A stretch of DNA of 62,276 nucleotides from Akkermansiaceae bacterium UBA5020 (lineage in GTDB: Bacteria; Verrucomicrobiota; Verrucomicrobiia; Verrucomicrobiales; DEV007), in NCBI GenBank assembly GCA_002396885.1, contig DGXY01000105.1, forward strand, positions 31,107-93,382, written 5' to 3'. How positions within the stretch are numbered: the stretch's first letter is position 1; each line of letters opens with the position of its first letter. Positions 48,554-57,813 of the stretch are shown piece by piece. The notes below the pieces were generated by a model, which saw only the letters and a program-made list of their open reading frames with translations, searched no databases and was not told the origin of the DNA. The translations under genes were made by a program, and so were the position numbers.

Positions 48554-50563
48554 TCACCCAGACAGCATCTCCTTCATCCGCGCGAAATAATCCGCAGCGA
48601 AATCTTCGTCGGCGGGGGCGGCGGCGATGGTTTCGTAGCTCGATTCGATGAGCTCTTCCTTGCTCAGTTCCTTGAAGAACGAGCTCGGCATGCAGGGCAT
48701 CTTGTCGCCGTAGCGCTTGCGGCTGTGGCACCAGGTGATGGTGAGGTCCACCATTGCGCGAGTGATCCCGACGTAGAGGAGGCGGCGCTCTTCGTCGCGG
48801 CTGCCTTCCTCGATCGAGCGGGAGTGGGGCAGGATTCCTTCCTCGACGCCGATGATGTAACAGACGGGGAATTCAAGTCCCTTCGCCGCGTGCATCGTGA
48901 TGAGGGAGACGCCCTTGCCGTCGGCGTCGTCCTTTTTGTCCTCGCGGTCCTGCATCAGGGCGACGCTGTCGAGGAAGCCGCGCAGGCCTCGCTTCGACTT
49001 CTCGAAGTGGGCGTGCATGCCGTCGATGAGTTCGGCGACGTTGCGACGGCGGTTGTCGAATTCCTCGTCGGTCTTGCAGCCTTTGCGGAGGAAGGTGTCG
49101 TAGTCGATCTCCTTGAGGAGCTCCCGGGTCATCTCGGCGTAATTCGCCGACTTGGTCGCGGCGATGTCGGCGTAGCGATTGAGGAACTCCGAGAAAGCGA
49201 GAAGGGCCTTCTGCGCCCGGGGGCTGAGCGATCCGAGAAACTCGAGGTCGTTGACCGCGGCATGGACGCTGATCTGGTGATCGATGCTGAACTGGGTCGC
49301 GAGGGCGATGGTCCCTTCGCCGATGCCTCGCGGCGGTGTGGTGATGACGCGCAGCAAGTTGACGTCGTCGTCGTGATTGAGAAAGAGGGCGAGGTAGGCG
49401 AGGACGTCCTTCACCTCGCGCCTTTCGTAGAAGCTCTGCCCGCCGATGAGTTTGTAGGGGATCTGGTTTTCCCGCAGCTTTTCCTCCATCACCCGCGACT
49501 GGGTGTTCATCCGGAAGAGGATGGCCATGTCGTCATAGGGACGCTGGCGGAGGCGATGTTTTTCCAAGATCTCGCCGATGACGAAGTCGGCCTCGGTCTC
49601 GGCATCAGGCATGGAGATGAGGCGCGTCTTTTCGCCCTCGCCCTTGCCGCTCCAGAGCGTCTTTTCGCGGCGGTTGAGATTGTGGCGGATGAGGCTGTTG
49701 GCGAGGCGGAGGATCGCGTTGGTGGATCGGTAGTTCTCCTCGAGCTTGATCACAGTGGGATCGGAGAAATGACGCTCGAATTCGAGGATGTTCGTGATGT
49801 CGGCGCCGCGCCAGCCATAGATGCTCTGGTCGTCGTCGCCGACGACGCAGATGTTCTGCTCGGGTCCGACGATGAGGCGGAGGAGCCGCATCTGGAGGTG
49901 GTTCGTGTCCTGGAACTCGTCCACCATGATGAAACGGTAGCGCCGCTGCCACTCGCGCTGGAGATCGGGATTCTCATCCAGCCCTCGCACCGCAAGAATG
50001 AGGAGGTCGTCGAAGTCGACGGCATTGAGCTGTTTCAGTTCCTTCTGATAGGTGCGATAGACGTCGTTGATGAGCGCGTCCTCGCGGTCGCTCGGCGGTT
50101 TGCCGGTATTCTTCGCCTGGCTGATGAGGGAATTCGCGAGCTTGGCATCGAGATTCTCTTCCTTGCCCGCCATGCGCACGATGATGCGGCGGAGGAGCCC
50201 GAGCTGGTCGCTCTGGGTGTAGATCGAGAAGGTGCGTTTGTAGCCGAGACGCTCGATGCAGGTGCGCAGGATGCGGACGCAGAGGCTGTGAAAGGTCGAG
50301 ATGGTGAGCTTTTCGGCCTGCTCGGAATCGATCATCGAGCCGACCCGCTCACGCATTTCATTCGCCGCCTTGTTCGTGAAGGTCACCGCGAGGATCTGCG
50401 AAGGTGGGATCTCGTCGTGGACCATCGCCGCGATCCGTGTCGTCACGGTGCGCGTTTTACCGGTCCCCGCCCCGGCGAGAATGAGGACGGGACCGTGGAT
50501 CTGCTCGGCTGCGGCCCGTTGCGGAGGATTGAGGGCAAGAAGGCCCTGCTTCGAGAATTTCAC
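48554..50563 (-). CDS. uvrD: ATP-dependent DNA helicase UvrD/PcrA/Rep family
   Basis: LNPPQRAAAEQIHGPVLILAGAGTGKT (motifs Q/I). VDEFQDTN (motif II). 669 aa. Confidence 0.9.
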   Translation of the reverse strand: MKFSKQGLLALNPPQRAAAEQIHGPVLILAGAGTGKTRTVTTRIAAMVHDEIPPSQILAVTFTNKAANEMRERVGSMIDSEQAEKLTISTFHSLCVRILRTCIERLGYKRTFSIYTQSDQLGLLRRIIVRMAGKEENLDAKLANSLISQAKNTGKPPSDREDALINDVYRTYQKELKQLNAVDFDDLLILAVRGLDENPDLQREWQRRYRFIMVDEFQDTNHLQMRLLRLIVGPEQNICVVGDDDQSIYGWRGADITNILEFERHFSDPTVIKLEENYRSTNAILRLANSLIRHNLNRREKTLWSGKGEGEKTRLISMPDAETEADFVIGEILEKHRLRQRPYDDMAILFRMNTQSRVMEEKLRENQIPYKLIGGQSFYERREVKDVLAYLALFLNHDDDVNLLRVITTPPRGIGEGTIALATQFSIDHQISVHAAVNDLEFLGSLSPRAQKALLAFSEFLNRYADIAATKSANYAEMTRELLKEIDYDTFLRKGCKTDEEFDNRRRNVAELIDGMHAHFEKSKRGLRGFLDSVALMQDREDKKDDADGKGVSLITMHAAKGLEFPVCYIIGVEEGILPHSRSIEEGSRDEERRLLYVGITRAMVDLTITWCHSRKRYGDKMPCMPSSFFKELSKEELIESSYETIAAAPADEDFAADYFARMKEMLSG

Positions 50564-50614
50564 AAGCGGCGCCTCGGTGGACGGTTCGGAAAGAAGAATC
50601 CCGTGGGGTCGGAA

Positions 50615-51100
50615 TTATTTGATGAGGCGCAGAGCGAAGGGATAGCGATAGACCTTGCCCTTGTTCGCGTCGAGCCCGCCGATGATGCAGAAGACGAGGC
50701 TGGCGACGCCGACGAGGAGGATCGCGATCGAGGTGAAACAACCCACGATGGGGATGAAGCTCAAGAGCATCAGTGCGACATAAGCAATCGCGATGGTGAT
50801 TTGGAAGTTCAGCGCCTCTTTGCCCTGATCGGTCACGAAGGGGCTTTCCTCCTTCTTGATCTGCCAGATGACGAGGGCGCCGATGAAGGACGAGACGATC
50901 CCGAGAAGGTGGGCGAGCATCCCGAAGAGTTTTTCATCCGCCTCGCTGGTCTTGCCTTGGCCGAGGCCAACCCCTGCGGTCGTCGGCGCATCCATGGGAA
51001 GGCCCGCGAAGCTGGCGGAACTCGGTGGCATCGGCGGCAGAGCGTCATTGCCGGGGGTCGAAGACGGTTCCATCGGCGGAGGAGTATCGTGATCGCTCAT
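50615..51100 (-). CDS. DUF4870-like small membrane protein with Pro-rich N-terminus
   Basis: Two to three TM helices follow a low-complexity N-terminus. The family assignment is tentative. Confidence 0.45.
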   Translation of the reverse strand: MSDHDTPPPMEPSSTPGNDALPPMPPSSASFAGLPMDAPTTAGVGLGQGKTSEADEKLFGMLAHLLGIVSSFIGALVIWQIKKEESPFVTDQGKEALNFQITIAIAYVALMLLSFIPIVGCFTSIAILLVGVASLVFCIIGGLDANKGKVYRYPFALRLIK

Positions 51101-51146
51101 GCCTTTGATTAACGCGGATCGCGGAAAACTTCAAGCGAATTGAGGA

Positions 51147-51809
51147 TCAACTTTCCGCCTCGTATTCGGTCGGATCCTCCAAACCCGCCAGTGCGAAGGC
51201 TTCCTTCCGCTCGACGCAGGTGCCACACCTGCCGCAATGGAGTTCGCCGCCCTTGTAACACGACCAGGTCCGAGCGAAATCGACACCGAGGCGAGCACCG
51301 ATCGCGGCGATGCCCTCCTTGCGCTCGTGGATGAAGGGGCGAAGCACCTCGACCGAGGCGTAGGTGCCGGCCTGGATCGCCGCCGCCATGGGCTGCATGA
51401 ATTCCTCGCGGCAGTCGGGGTAGATCGCATGATCGCCCGAGTGTGCGGCAATGACGAGTCCCTCCGCGCCCGCACTCTCCGCGTAGCCGGCGGCAATGGC
51501 GAGGAGGATGCCGTTGCGGAAGGGCACCACGGTCTGCTTCATGTTCTCGGCCTCGTAGTGGCCCTCGGGGATTTCGCCGCCGCTGCGGAGAAGGTCGCTT
51601 TTGAAAAGGCGGTCCATGAAATCGAGCGCGACGATCTCGTGCCGCACGCCTAGGAGGGCGCAATGCTCCGCCGCAAAGGGTATCTCGCGATGGTTGTGTT
51701 TCGACCCGTAATCGAAGCTGAGCCCGGCGACGATCTCGTGCTCTCGCGCGGCGGCGTGCAGGGCGGTGACGGAGTCCATGCCTCCGCTGACGAGGACGAC
51801 GACTTTCAT
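51147..51809 (-). CDS. queC: 7-cyano-7-deazaguanine synthase
   Basis: VVLVSGGMDSVTAL PP-loop. C-terminal CGRCGTCVERK zinc-binding cysteines. Confidence 0.9.
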   Translation of the reverse strand: MKVVVLVSGGMDSVTALHAAAREHEIVAGLSFDYGSKHNHREIPFAAEHCALLGVRHEIVALDFMDRLFKSDLLRSGGEIPEGHYEAENMKQTVVPFRNGILLAIAAGYAESAGAEGLVIAAHSGDHAIYPDCREEFMQPMAAAIQAGTYASVEVLRPFIHERKEGIAAIGARLGVDFARTWSCYKGGELHCGRCGTCVERKEAFALAGLEDPTEYEAES

Positions 51810-51823
51810 TTTGAAAAATTCTG

Positions 51824-51916
51824 ATTCGCGCTCATTCGCGTTTCATTCGCCAACATTCGCGTTCCTTCTTGGGATTTAACGCGAATGGCCGCAAATACCC
51901 GCGAATTTTCGCGAAT
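51824..51916. repeat. queF-queC intergenic repeat array: four direct ATTCGC(G/C) heptamers followed by three inverted CGCGAAT heptamers
   Basis: ATTCGCG/ATTCGCC at 51824, 51834, 51845 and 51855. CGCGAAT at 51880, 51900 and 51910. Confidence 0.6.
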
Positions 51917-51937
51917 CCAGACCGTGTGGACGAAAGC

Positions 51938-52387
51938 TCATTCCACCTCCGCGAGCCCCGGATCGGGAAAGGCGGCTGTCGCGGTGAGGCGGATGCCGCC
52001 TCGGGGGGAGAAGCGGCCTTTCACGATCATGCGGCGCGGGGTGCAGGCTCCAGAGAGCTCGTCGAGGATGCGGTTGACGATGTCCTCGTTGAAGGAGGGC
52101 AGGTTGCGGAAGGAGGCGAGGTAAAACTTCAGCGACTTTGTCTCGAGGCAAAGGACGTCGGGGATGTAGCGGATCGTGAGGTGCGCCGTGTCGGGCTGTC
52201 CGGTGACGGGGCAGAGCGAGCTGAATTCGGGGTAATCGAGCTCGATCCAGTAGTTGCGGCCCGCGTTGCGGTTGGGGAACACCTCCAGCTTCGCCTCTTC
52301 GGGCGAGCGGGGGAGGCGGTTCTCACTGTTGCCCAGGAGGGTCAGGTCGCCGACCGCAGGGGGTGTGGGGGAGGAGGAATCACTCAT
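51938..52387 (-). CDS. queF: NADPH-dependent 7-cyano-7-deazaguanine reductase
   Basis: YPEFSSLCPVTGQPD matches the QueF motif including the catalytic Cys. Start chosen at ATG 52387. Confidence 0.85.
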   Translation of the reverse strand: MSDSSSPTPPAVGDLTLLGNSENRLPRSPEEAKLEVFPNRNAGRNYWIELDYPEFSSLCPVTGQPDTAHLTIRYIPDVLCLETKSLKFYLASFRNLPSFNEDIVNRILDELSGACTPRRMIVKGRFSPRGGIRLTATAAFPDPGLAEVE

Positions 52388-52458
52388 CTGTCGTGGAGCG
52401 GGAAAGGTGGCGGCGGAGAGGGCTGCTGGCAAGGCAGAGATTCTCCCTTTGCCGCGCC

Positions 52459-53523
52459 TCACTGCTTGCGCACCACGATCTCGACGCGGCGGTTGAGCGA
52501 CTGCTGCTCGGCGGTGCCCTCGACCGGGACGATGGGGCGGGTTTTGCCCATGCCGGCCACCTGGATGTTGGCCGCATCGATGCGGAGGCGCTCGACGAGC
52601 CAGCGGCGGACCGCCTCGGCGCGCTTCAAGCTGAGGTCGAGGTTGAACTGATCGCCGCCAAAGCTGTCGGTGTGGCCTTCGATGATGAAGGTCGCATCAG
52701 GATTCGTCTGGACGATGAAGGCGAGCTTCATCATGCTGAGACGGGCCTCTTCCTTTAGCTCAAACTCGTTGTATTCGAAAAGAATGTCGGTGGGCAGGGC
52801 GATTTTTTCCTCGCCCACGGGGAGGCCGCCGGTGCGGCCGATGAGTTCGTCGAGGCTCGCGTAACCCTTCACGAATTCATCGGCACCGTTGCCGAAGGCC
52901 TTCGCGGCGGCTTCCTTGAAAAAGCCGTCGGTATCGACACCCTCGCCGAGGTTCTCGCTCGTGTTCAGCTCGAGGACGGGCTGGGTCACGGAGACGCTGG
53001 CGGAGGATTCGACGAGTTTGTTGCGCATTTCGGCAAGATCCTTGGAAAGCATCTCGGCGGCGGAAATCTCGATGTTGCTCGCGGCGATCTCGAGAGCCTG
53101 TCCGGGGGCCTTCGGCGCTTCGGTCGAGAAGATCTTGGGCGACTCGATCGGCGACATGCGGATCGTTTCTTCCTTGATCTTCTCCATCAGGTCGAACTCG
53201 TCGAGCGACTTGTCGGTGAGGTCGAGATCACTCACCTTTTCCGGCTTGATGTCGGCCTGATCGGGGATCTCGGGATCGGCGAGTAGCTCGTTGAGCTTGT
53301 CCCGGTCGATCGTCACCTGTTCGCGTTTGCTGCGCCACACGATGCTCTCGTCGACCACTCCCATGGAATTGCGCTCGATCGTCCCTAGGACCAAGTAAAG
53401 AACGATGTGGAGAATCACGGAGATGAGAATGGCCAAGAGCACCCACCAGCCAAGGTTGCGGGTTTCGACCTTGAAGACGGACTTGCCCGGGACGCCCGGG
53501 TGCCAGTTGTATTCGGATGCCAT
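52459..53523 (-). CDS. OmpA/MotB-family peptidoglycan-binding protein with an N-terminal TM helix
   Basis: C-terminal OmpA domain (IEGHTDSFGGDQFNLDLSLKRAEAV). A single N-terminal TM segment (WWVLLAILISVILHIVLYLVL). Confidence 0.75.
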   Translation of the reverse strand: MASEYNWHPGVPGKSVFKVETRNLGWWVLLAILISVILHIVLYLVLGTIERNSMGVVDESIVWRSKREQVTIDRDKLNELLADPEIPDQADIKPEKVSDLDLTDKSLDEFDLMEKIKEETIRMSPIESPKIFSTEAPKAPGQALEIAASNIEISAAEMLSKDLAEMRNKLVESSASVSVTQPVLELNTSENLGEGVDTDGFFKEAAAKAFGNGADEFVKGYASLDELIGRTGGLPVGEEKIALPTDILFEYNEFELKEEARLSMMKLAFIVQTNPDATFIIEGHTDSFGGDQFNLDLSLKRAEAVRRWLVERLRIDAANIQVAGMGKTRPIVPVEGTAEQQSLNRRVEIVVRKQ

Positions 53524-53619
53524 CGTGGGCGACGCCGGGGAGGAGGTCCGGAATTCGTGTGGGAATCTAACGCATTTTCCCGTTTCGGCAAAGGCCGATG
53601 CCGGGTATAGAATGGGCCC

Positions 53620-55233
53620 GTGCCAGCTCCCGATTGGAAGACGCTTTTCGCCCTCGAGACCGACCGCTACCGGATCGGTCGGTCCATGTTTCTCCGCGGC
53701 CTTGGTGGAATCTACCTCATCGCGATCGTCTCGTGGTGGATTCAGGTCGGCCTGCTCGTGGGGGAAAACGGTCTGCAACCAGCCTCGCGCCTCCTTGAAT
53801 TCGTCGGGAAAAACTTCGCGGCGGAGGGCCGCCCGGGCTTCTGGGCGCTGCCCAACCTCTTCTGGATCACGGGCGCGTCCGATTTCGCCCTGAACACGGC
53901 CTGTTTCGCCGGATGCGGGCTCGCGCTCCTCGTGATCGTGGGCCGATTCGTCGGACCGGCTCTCGCCGGTCTCTGGGTGATCTACCTGTCGCTCGTGAAC
54001 ACAGGCGGTGTTTTCATGAGTTTCCAGTGGGACATCCTCCTCCTCGAGACGGGATTTCTCGCGCTTTTCCTTTGCCGCTGGGAGGCAAAAACGACCTGGA
54101 CCGATCCGCCTCCGCTGACACCGGTGAACCGCGTCGCCCTCGTCTTCGCGTGGTTTCTCATCGCGAAGCTGATGTTTTTCTCAGGTTGGGTGAAGCTCGC
54201 GTGGTCCTCCGAGGCCACGCCAGAGTGGTGGACCGAGGGCTCGGCGATGACCTTCCACTACATGACCCAACCGCTCCCGACCTGGACGGCTTGGTGGATG
54301 CATCAACTGCCGGCTTGGTTTCACAAGGCTTCGCTGGTGCCGATGTATCTCGTCGAAATGGTCCTGCCTTTCGCGGTGATCTTCGGTCGATGGGGGCGGC
54401 TCGTCGCGGCGTTCGGATTCAGCGGGCTGATGATGCTCGTGCTGCTGACGGGGAATTTCACCTACTTCAACTGGCTCACGATCGTGCTCTGTTTGCCGCT
54501 CGTGCAGGATCGTCTCTGGCCGGCCTGGCTGAGGTCGGGTTTGTCATTCGTTCCGGTCGGGCTCACCGCCCCGATGGCGCGACGTCCGCTGCTCCTGCGC
54601 TTCGCTCTGGCGGGGCCGGCCCTGTTGGGGCTCGCCCTGGTGAATCTCCACATCCTCGTGCGCGATCTCCACCAAGCCCCGAAGCCCTTCCTGAAGGCGG
54701 ATCTCTCTCCGGGATGGCTCGACTCATTTGCGGCGGTGGTGTCGCCCTTTTATCCCGCCTCGGGATACGGCCTCTTCCGCACGATGACGACCGAGCGTCC
54801 CGAGATCCTTCTCGAAGGCAGCGCCGATGGGACCAACTGGTTGGCCTACGATTTCGCTTGGAAAGTCGACAAGATCTCCGACCGCCCCCGCTTCGTCGCC
54901 CCGCATCAGCCGCGGTTGGCGTGGCAATTCTGGTTCGCCGCTCTCGAAGGGCGCTTTGATTACCGCAGCAGCAATGCGGGCTGGTTCGAGACGCTCGTCC
55001 TGAAATTGCTCGAGGGTGACCGCGGGGTGAAGCGGTTTTTGAAATACGATCCGTTTCCCGACGCACCGCCCCGGCTCGTCCGCGCCCGGTTGATGCGCTA
55101 CGAATTCACCACGCCGGACGAGCGCCGGGCCACGGGCGACTGGTGGAAGCGTGTCGTCATCGGTGAATACCTGCCCGAAGTGAGCCGGCCCGCCGCTCCC
55201 ACGGCGAATCCAGATGGGGGAGCGCCGCCTTGA
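53620..55233 (+). CDS. lipase maturation factor (LMF1-like) family membrane protein
   Basis: 537 aa, polytopic. FQWDILLLETGFLALF and overall similarity to bacterial LMF-domain proteins. Confidence 0.65.
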   Translation: MPAPDWKTLFALETDRYRIGRSMFLRGLGGIYLIAIVSWWIQVGLLVGENGLQPASRLLEFVGKNFAAEGRPGFWALPNLFWITGASDFALNTACFAGCGLALLVIVGRFVGPALAGLWVIYLSLVNTGGVFMSFQWDILLLETGFLALFLCRWEAKTTWTDPPPLTPVNRVALVFAWFLIAKLMFFSGWVKLAWSSEATPEWWTEGSAMTFHYMTQPLPTWTAWWMHQLPAWFHKASLVPMYLVEMVLPFAVIFGRWGRLVAAFGFSGLMMLVLLTGNFTYFNWLTIVLCLPLVQDRLWPAWLRSGLSFVPVGLTAPMARRPLLLRFALAGPALLGLALVNLHILVRDLHQAPKPFLKADLSPGWLDSFAAVVSPFYPASGYGLFRTMTTERPEILLEGSADGTNWLAYDFAWKVDKISDRPRFVAPHQPRLAWQFWFAALEGRFDYRSSNAGWFETLVLKLLEGDRGVKRFLKYDPFPDAPPRLVRARLMRYEFTTPDERRATGDWWKRVVIGEYLPEVSRPAAPTANPDGGAPP

Positions 55234-55311
55234 ATTTTCACCCGTTACCTTCCGGATCATCTGGACCGGATCGAGTCCGTGGATACATTCACCGGTGGTG
55301 CTGTCACGAAC

Positions 55312-55794
55312 ATGAAATCCTTCTGGGTCGACCTTCTCGTCAAGGCCACCCTCCCGCTCGGGACCCGATGGGTCCGCAAGCAGGAGGCCGCGATCTTGCG
55401 CGAAGGCCGCCCCCTCCGTGAATGGGAGCGGCTCTGGGCCCGGAATGTCGGGGTGCGGCGCCCCGAGGAGGTGCGCATCCTCCCAGTCCCGCGCGTGCCC
55501 ACGCCGGGCCAGACTTTCACCGTGATCCTCAACCGCGTTTTCGGCCTCCTTTCCGAGGGGCCGACCGGCATGGCGGTGAACTACGGCATCTACCTCGAAG
55601 CCTCGCAGGCGACGAATCCCTCGCTCCTCGTCCACGAACTCACCCACGTGGCCCAGTTTGAGCGGCTCGGCGGGGTTGAGGCATTCCTCCGCGAATATCT
55701 CACTCAGTGCGTCCGCGACGGCTACTGGGATTCCGATTTCGAGCAGGAGGCCCGCGAGGCCGCCGCACCCTTTTCCCGCCCGCCGGGAGGCTGA
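55312..55794 (+). CDS. DUF4157-like HExxH zincin domain protein
   Basis: LLVHELTHVAQFERLGG (HExxHxxQ). ~160 aa. Confidence 0.5.
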   Translation: MKSFWVDLLVKATLPLGTRWVRKQEAAILREGRPLREWERLWARNVGVRRPEEVRILPVPRVPTPGQTFTVILNRVFGLLSEGPTGMAVNYGIYLEASQATNPSLLVHELTHVAQFERLGGVEAFLREYLTQCVRDGYWDSDFEQEAREAAAPFSRPPGG

Positions 55795-55800
55795 AAAACG

Positions 55801-57804
55801 ATGAAACCGAGTGTTTCTTTACCCCTTCTTGTCGTCGTCCTGTCTGCCGCGGGAGCGGTTGCCCAAGAGGGACGCCCCCGTTTGATCCCTCCCGATCCTG
55901 ACAAACTCCTCCTTCTCGATCGCCGCGTCGTCGCCTCGGTCGAGCAGGCCCGTCTCGTCCACGGCAAGGTCGTGAAGGAGCCGGCCAATCCGCTTTTTCA
56001 AGCCGACAAGCCTTGGGAAAACTCGATGAACAACCTCTATCCCAATCTGTTCTGGGACGAGGAGGAGGGGATCTTCAAACTCTGGTACAAATGCGTCCTC
56101 GCCGACGCCGACGCCATCGCAAAGATGGATGGCCCCACCACCGTGCACGACGTCGGTTGGTATCTGCTCTATGCGACCTCACGCGATGGCTTGAAGTGGG
56201 ACAAGCCGGAGCTCGGTCTCTTCGCCCACGACGGCGAACGCCGGACCAACATCGTCGCCCGCGACACGCCGAACGTGGGAGTTTTCAAAGACACTGAAGA
56301 TCCCGATGCGGCTCGGCGTTACAAGATGGTCTACGACACCGGACTCGGTCAGTTGAAGGCGAGGTTTTCGCGCGACGGGATCCACTGGGGCGAACCGGTC
56401 GCGATGCAGGGGTTCGGACCGCGCAACGGCGACACCCACAACAACGCCTTCTGGGATGAGCGGAGCGGGAAATACCTCTGGTTCACCAAACTCTACCTCG
56501 GCGAGCGGCTCGTCGCCCGGGCCGAGAGCACCGACTTCCTGAACTGGAAAAACAACGGACTCGTCCTGAGATCCTCCCTCGAGGAAGGCCGTTCAAGGCA
56601 GACTTATTGCCTGCCTGTCTTCCGCTATGGTTCGATCTACCTCGGCTATGCCATGCTCTACGATCTTGGCAAGGGACGCACCGTCGATTGCGAGCTGGCC
56701 TGGAGTCCCGATGGGCTCCATTGGGAGCGCGTCCTGCCCGGTGTGCCGCTCATTCCGCGCGGACCGAAGGGCAGCTACGACAGCGAATGCATCTATGCCA
56801 TGGCCGGTCCTCCCGTCGCCCGGAACGGGGATCTGCTGATCTTTTACGGGGGCGACGACTTTCCCCACACCGGCTGGAAACGCCACTGCCTGCCTTGCCT
56901 TGCGCGCTTGCCGCTCGATCATTTCGCCGGCTACGAACCCGTCGAGCCTAACGAACCTGCCAAAATCGTGACCCGTCCGCTCCGTCTTTCCGGAGAAAGC
57001 TTGCGCCTTTCCGCCGCGGCGGAGGGCGGATCGGTGAAGGTGCTCGCGCTCGATGAAGCGGGCGCGGTCGTGGCGGAGTCAGCTCCGCTCGCGGGCGACC
57101 TGCACGAGGCGGCGGTAGTCTGGAACGACGGCGGTGGGCGATTGAAAGCCGGCTCCGAATGGCGTTTCCGGATCGAGTTGGAGCGCGCCACCCTCTTCGC
57201 CCTCGACGGGGTTGCCCTCGTCGACGAGACCCTCCCAGAGCAGCCTTCGTCACTGCGCGAGGAAGTCTGGGAGCCGCGTCCCGTGAAAGAGCAACGGATC
57301 GATTTCACCACCGATGCCGCGGGTTGGAAAGGCGTGGATGAGATCGTCCACCTGGCCGAGGGCGGTGCCTCGGGTGGGTTTGTCAGGTTCTCGCGCGCCG
57401 GTCGCAATCTCCCCATCGCCCTCTCCGGAGCGACGCCGGAGACTTCTCCCCTTGCCGGCGCCTGGCCGGAAAAGTTCGGTGGTCGCGGAGCCGAGATCTC
57501 GGTGAAGGTGCGCGCACCCCGTGAGGGCGGCCGCGCCCAGATCGAGGTCTTCGCCCACGATGTCGCCCAATGGACCCGCGAGACCACCGTGAATTTCGGC
57601 ACCGATTGGCGCGAGGCGAAAGCGACGCTGCGCTACGGCTGGACCGATGCCGAAGCGACCGCAGCGGGATGGCGTCGCTCGCCGGTGGGATTCTCTTGGG
57701 AAGAAACGATGCGCCACGTCGGCAAGATCGTCGTCGTGCCGAGCGCGGCGGGACCGCTCGAAACCTTCGATATGGATGAGGTCGTGGTGCGCGGGGTGGA
57801 GTGA
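55801..57804 (+). CDS. secreted five-bladed beta-propeller glycoside-hydrolase-like protein (GH43/GH32/GH130 fold) with a ~270-aa C-terminal extension
   Basis: Signal peptide. Repeated blade motifs SRDGLKWDKP, SRDGIHWGEP, ESTDFLNWKN and SPDGLHWERV, with acidic residues typical of the GH-F/J clans. Confidence 0.55.
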   Translation: MKPSVSLPLLVVVLSAAGAVAQEGRPRLIPPDPDKLLLLDRRVVASVEQARLVHGKVVKEPANPLFQADKPWENSMNNLYPNLFWDEEEGIFKLWYKCVLADADAIAKMDGPTTVHDVGWYLLYATSRDGLKWDKPELGLFAHDGERRTNIVARDTPNVGVFKDTEDPDAARRYKMVYDTGLGQLKARFSRDGIHWGEPVAMQGFGPRNGDTHNNAFWDERSGKYLWFTKLYLGERLVARAESTDFLNWKNNGLVLRSSLEEGRSRQTYCLPVFRYGSIYLGYAMLYDLGKGRTVDCELAWSPDGLHWERVLPGVPLIPRGPKGSYDSECIYAMAGPPVARNGDLLIFYGGDDFPHTGWKRHCLPCLARLPLDHFAGYEPVEPNEPAKIVTRPLRLSGESLRLSAAAEGGSVKVLALDEAGAVVAESAPLAGDLHEAAVVWNDGGGRLKAGSEWRFRIELERATLFALDGVALVDETLPEQPSSLREEVWEPRPVKEQRIDFTTDAAGWKGVDEIVHLAEGGASGGFVRFSRAGRNLPIALSGATPETSPLAGAWPEKFGGRGAEISVKVRAPREGGRAQIEVFAHDVAQWTRETTVNFGTDWREAKATLRYGWTDAEATAAGWRRSPVGFSWEETMRHVGKIVVVPSAAGPLETFDMDEVVVRGVE

Positions 57805-57813
57805 GCGTGGCCG

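Noticed and set aside
48491-51112. 873-aa plus-strand ORF antisense to uvrD and the DUF4870-like gene
   Set aside because: Antisense artefact. The UvrD helicase motifs are on the minus strand.
52388-52458. preQ1 riboswitch upstream of queF
   Set aside because: The 72-nt leader lacks the small hairpin plus A-rich tail of preQ1-I and any recognisable preQ1-II/III pseudoknot features. No claim is made.
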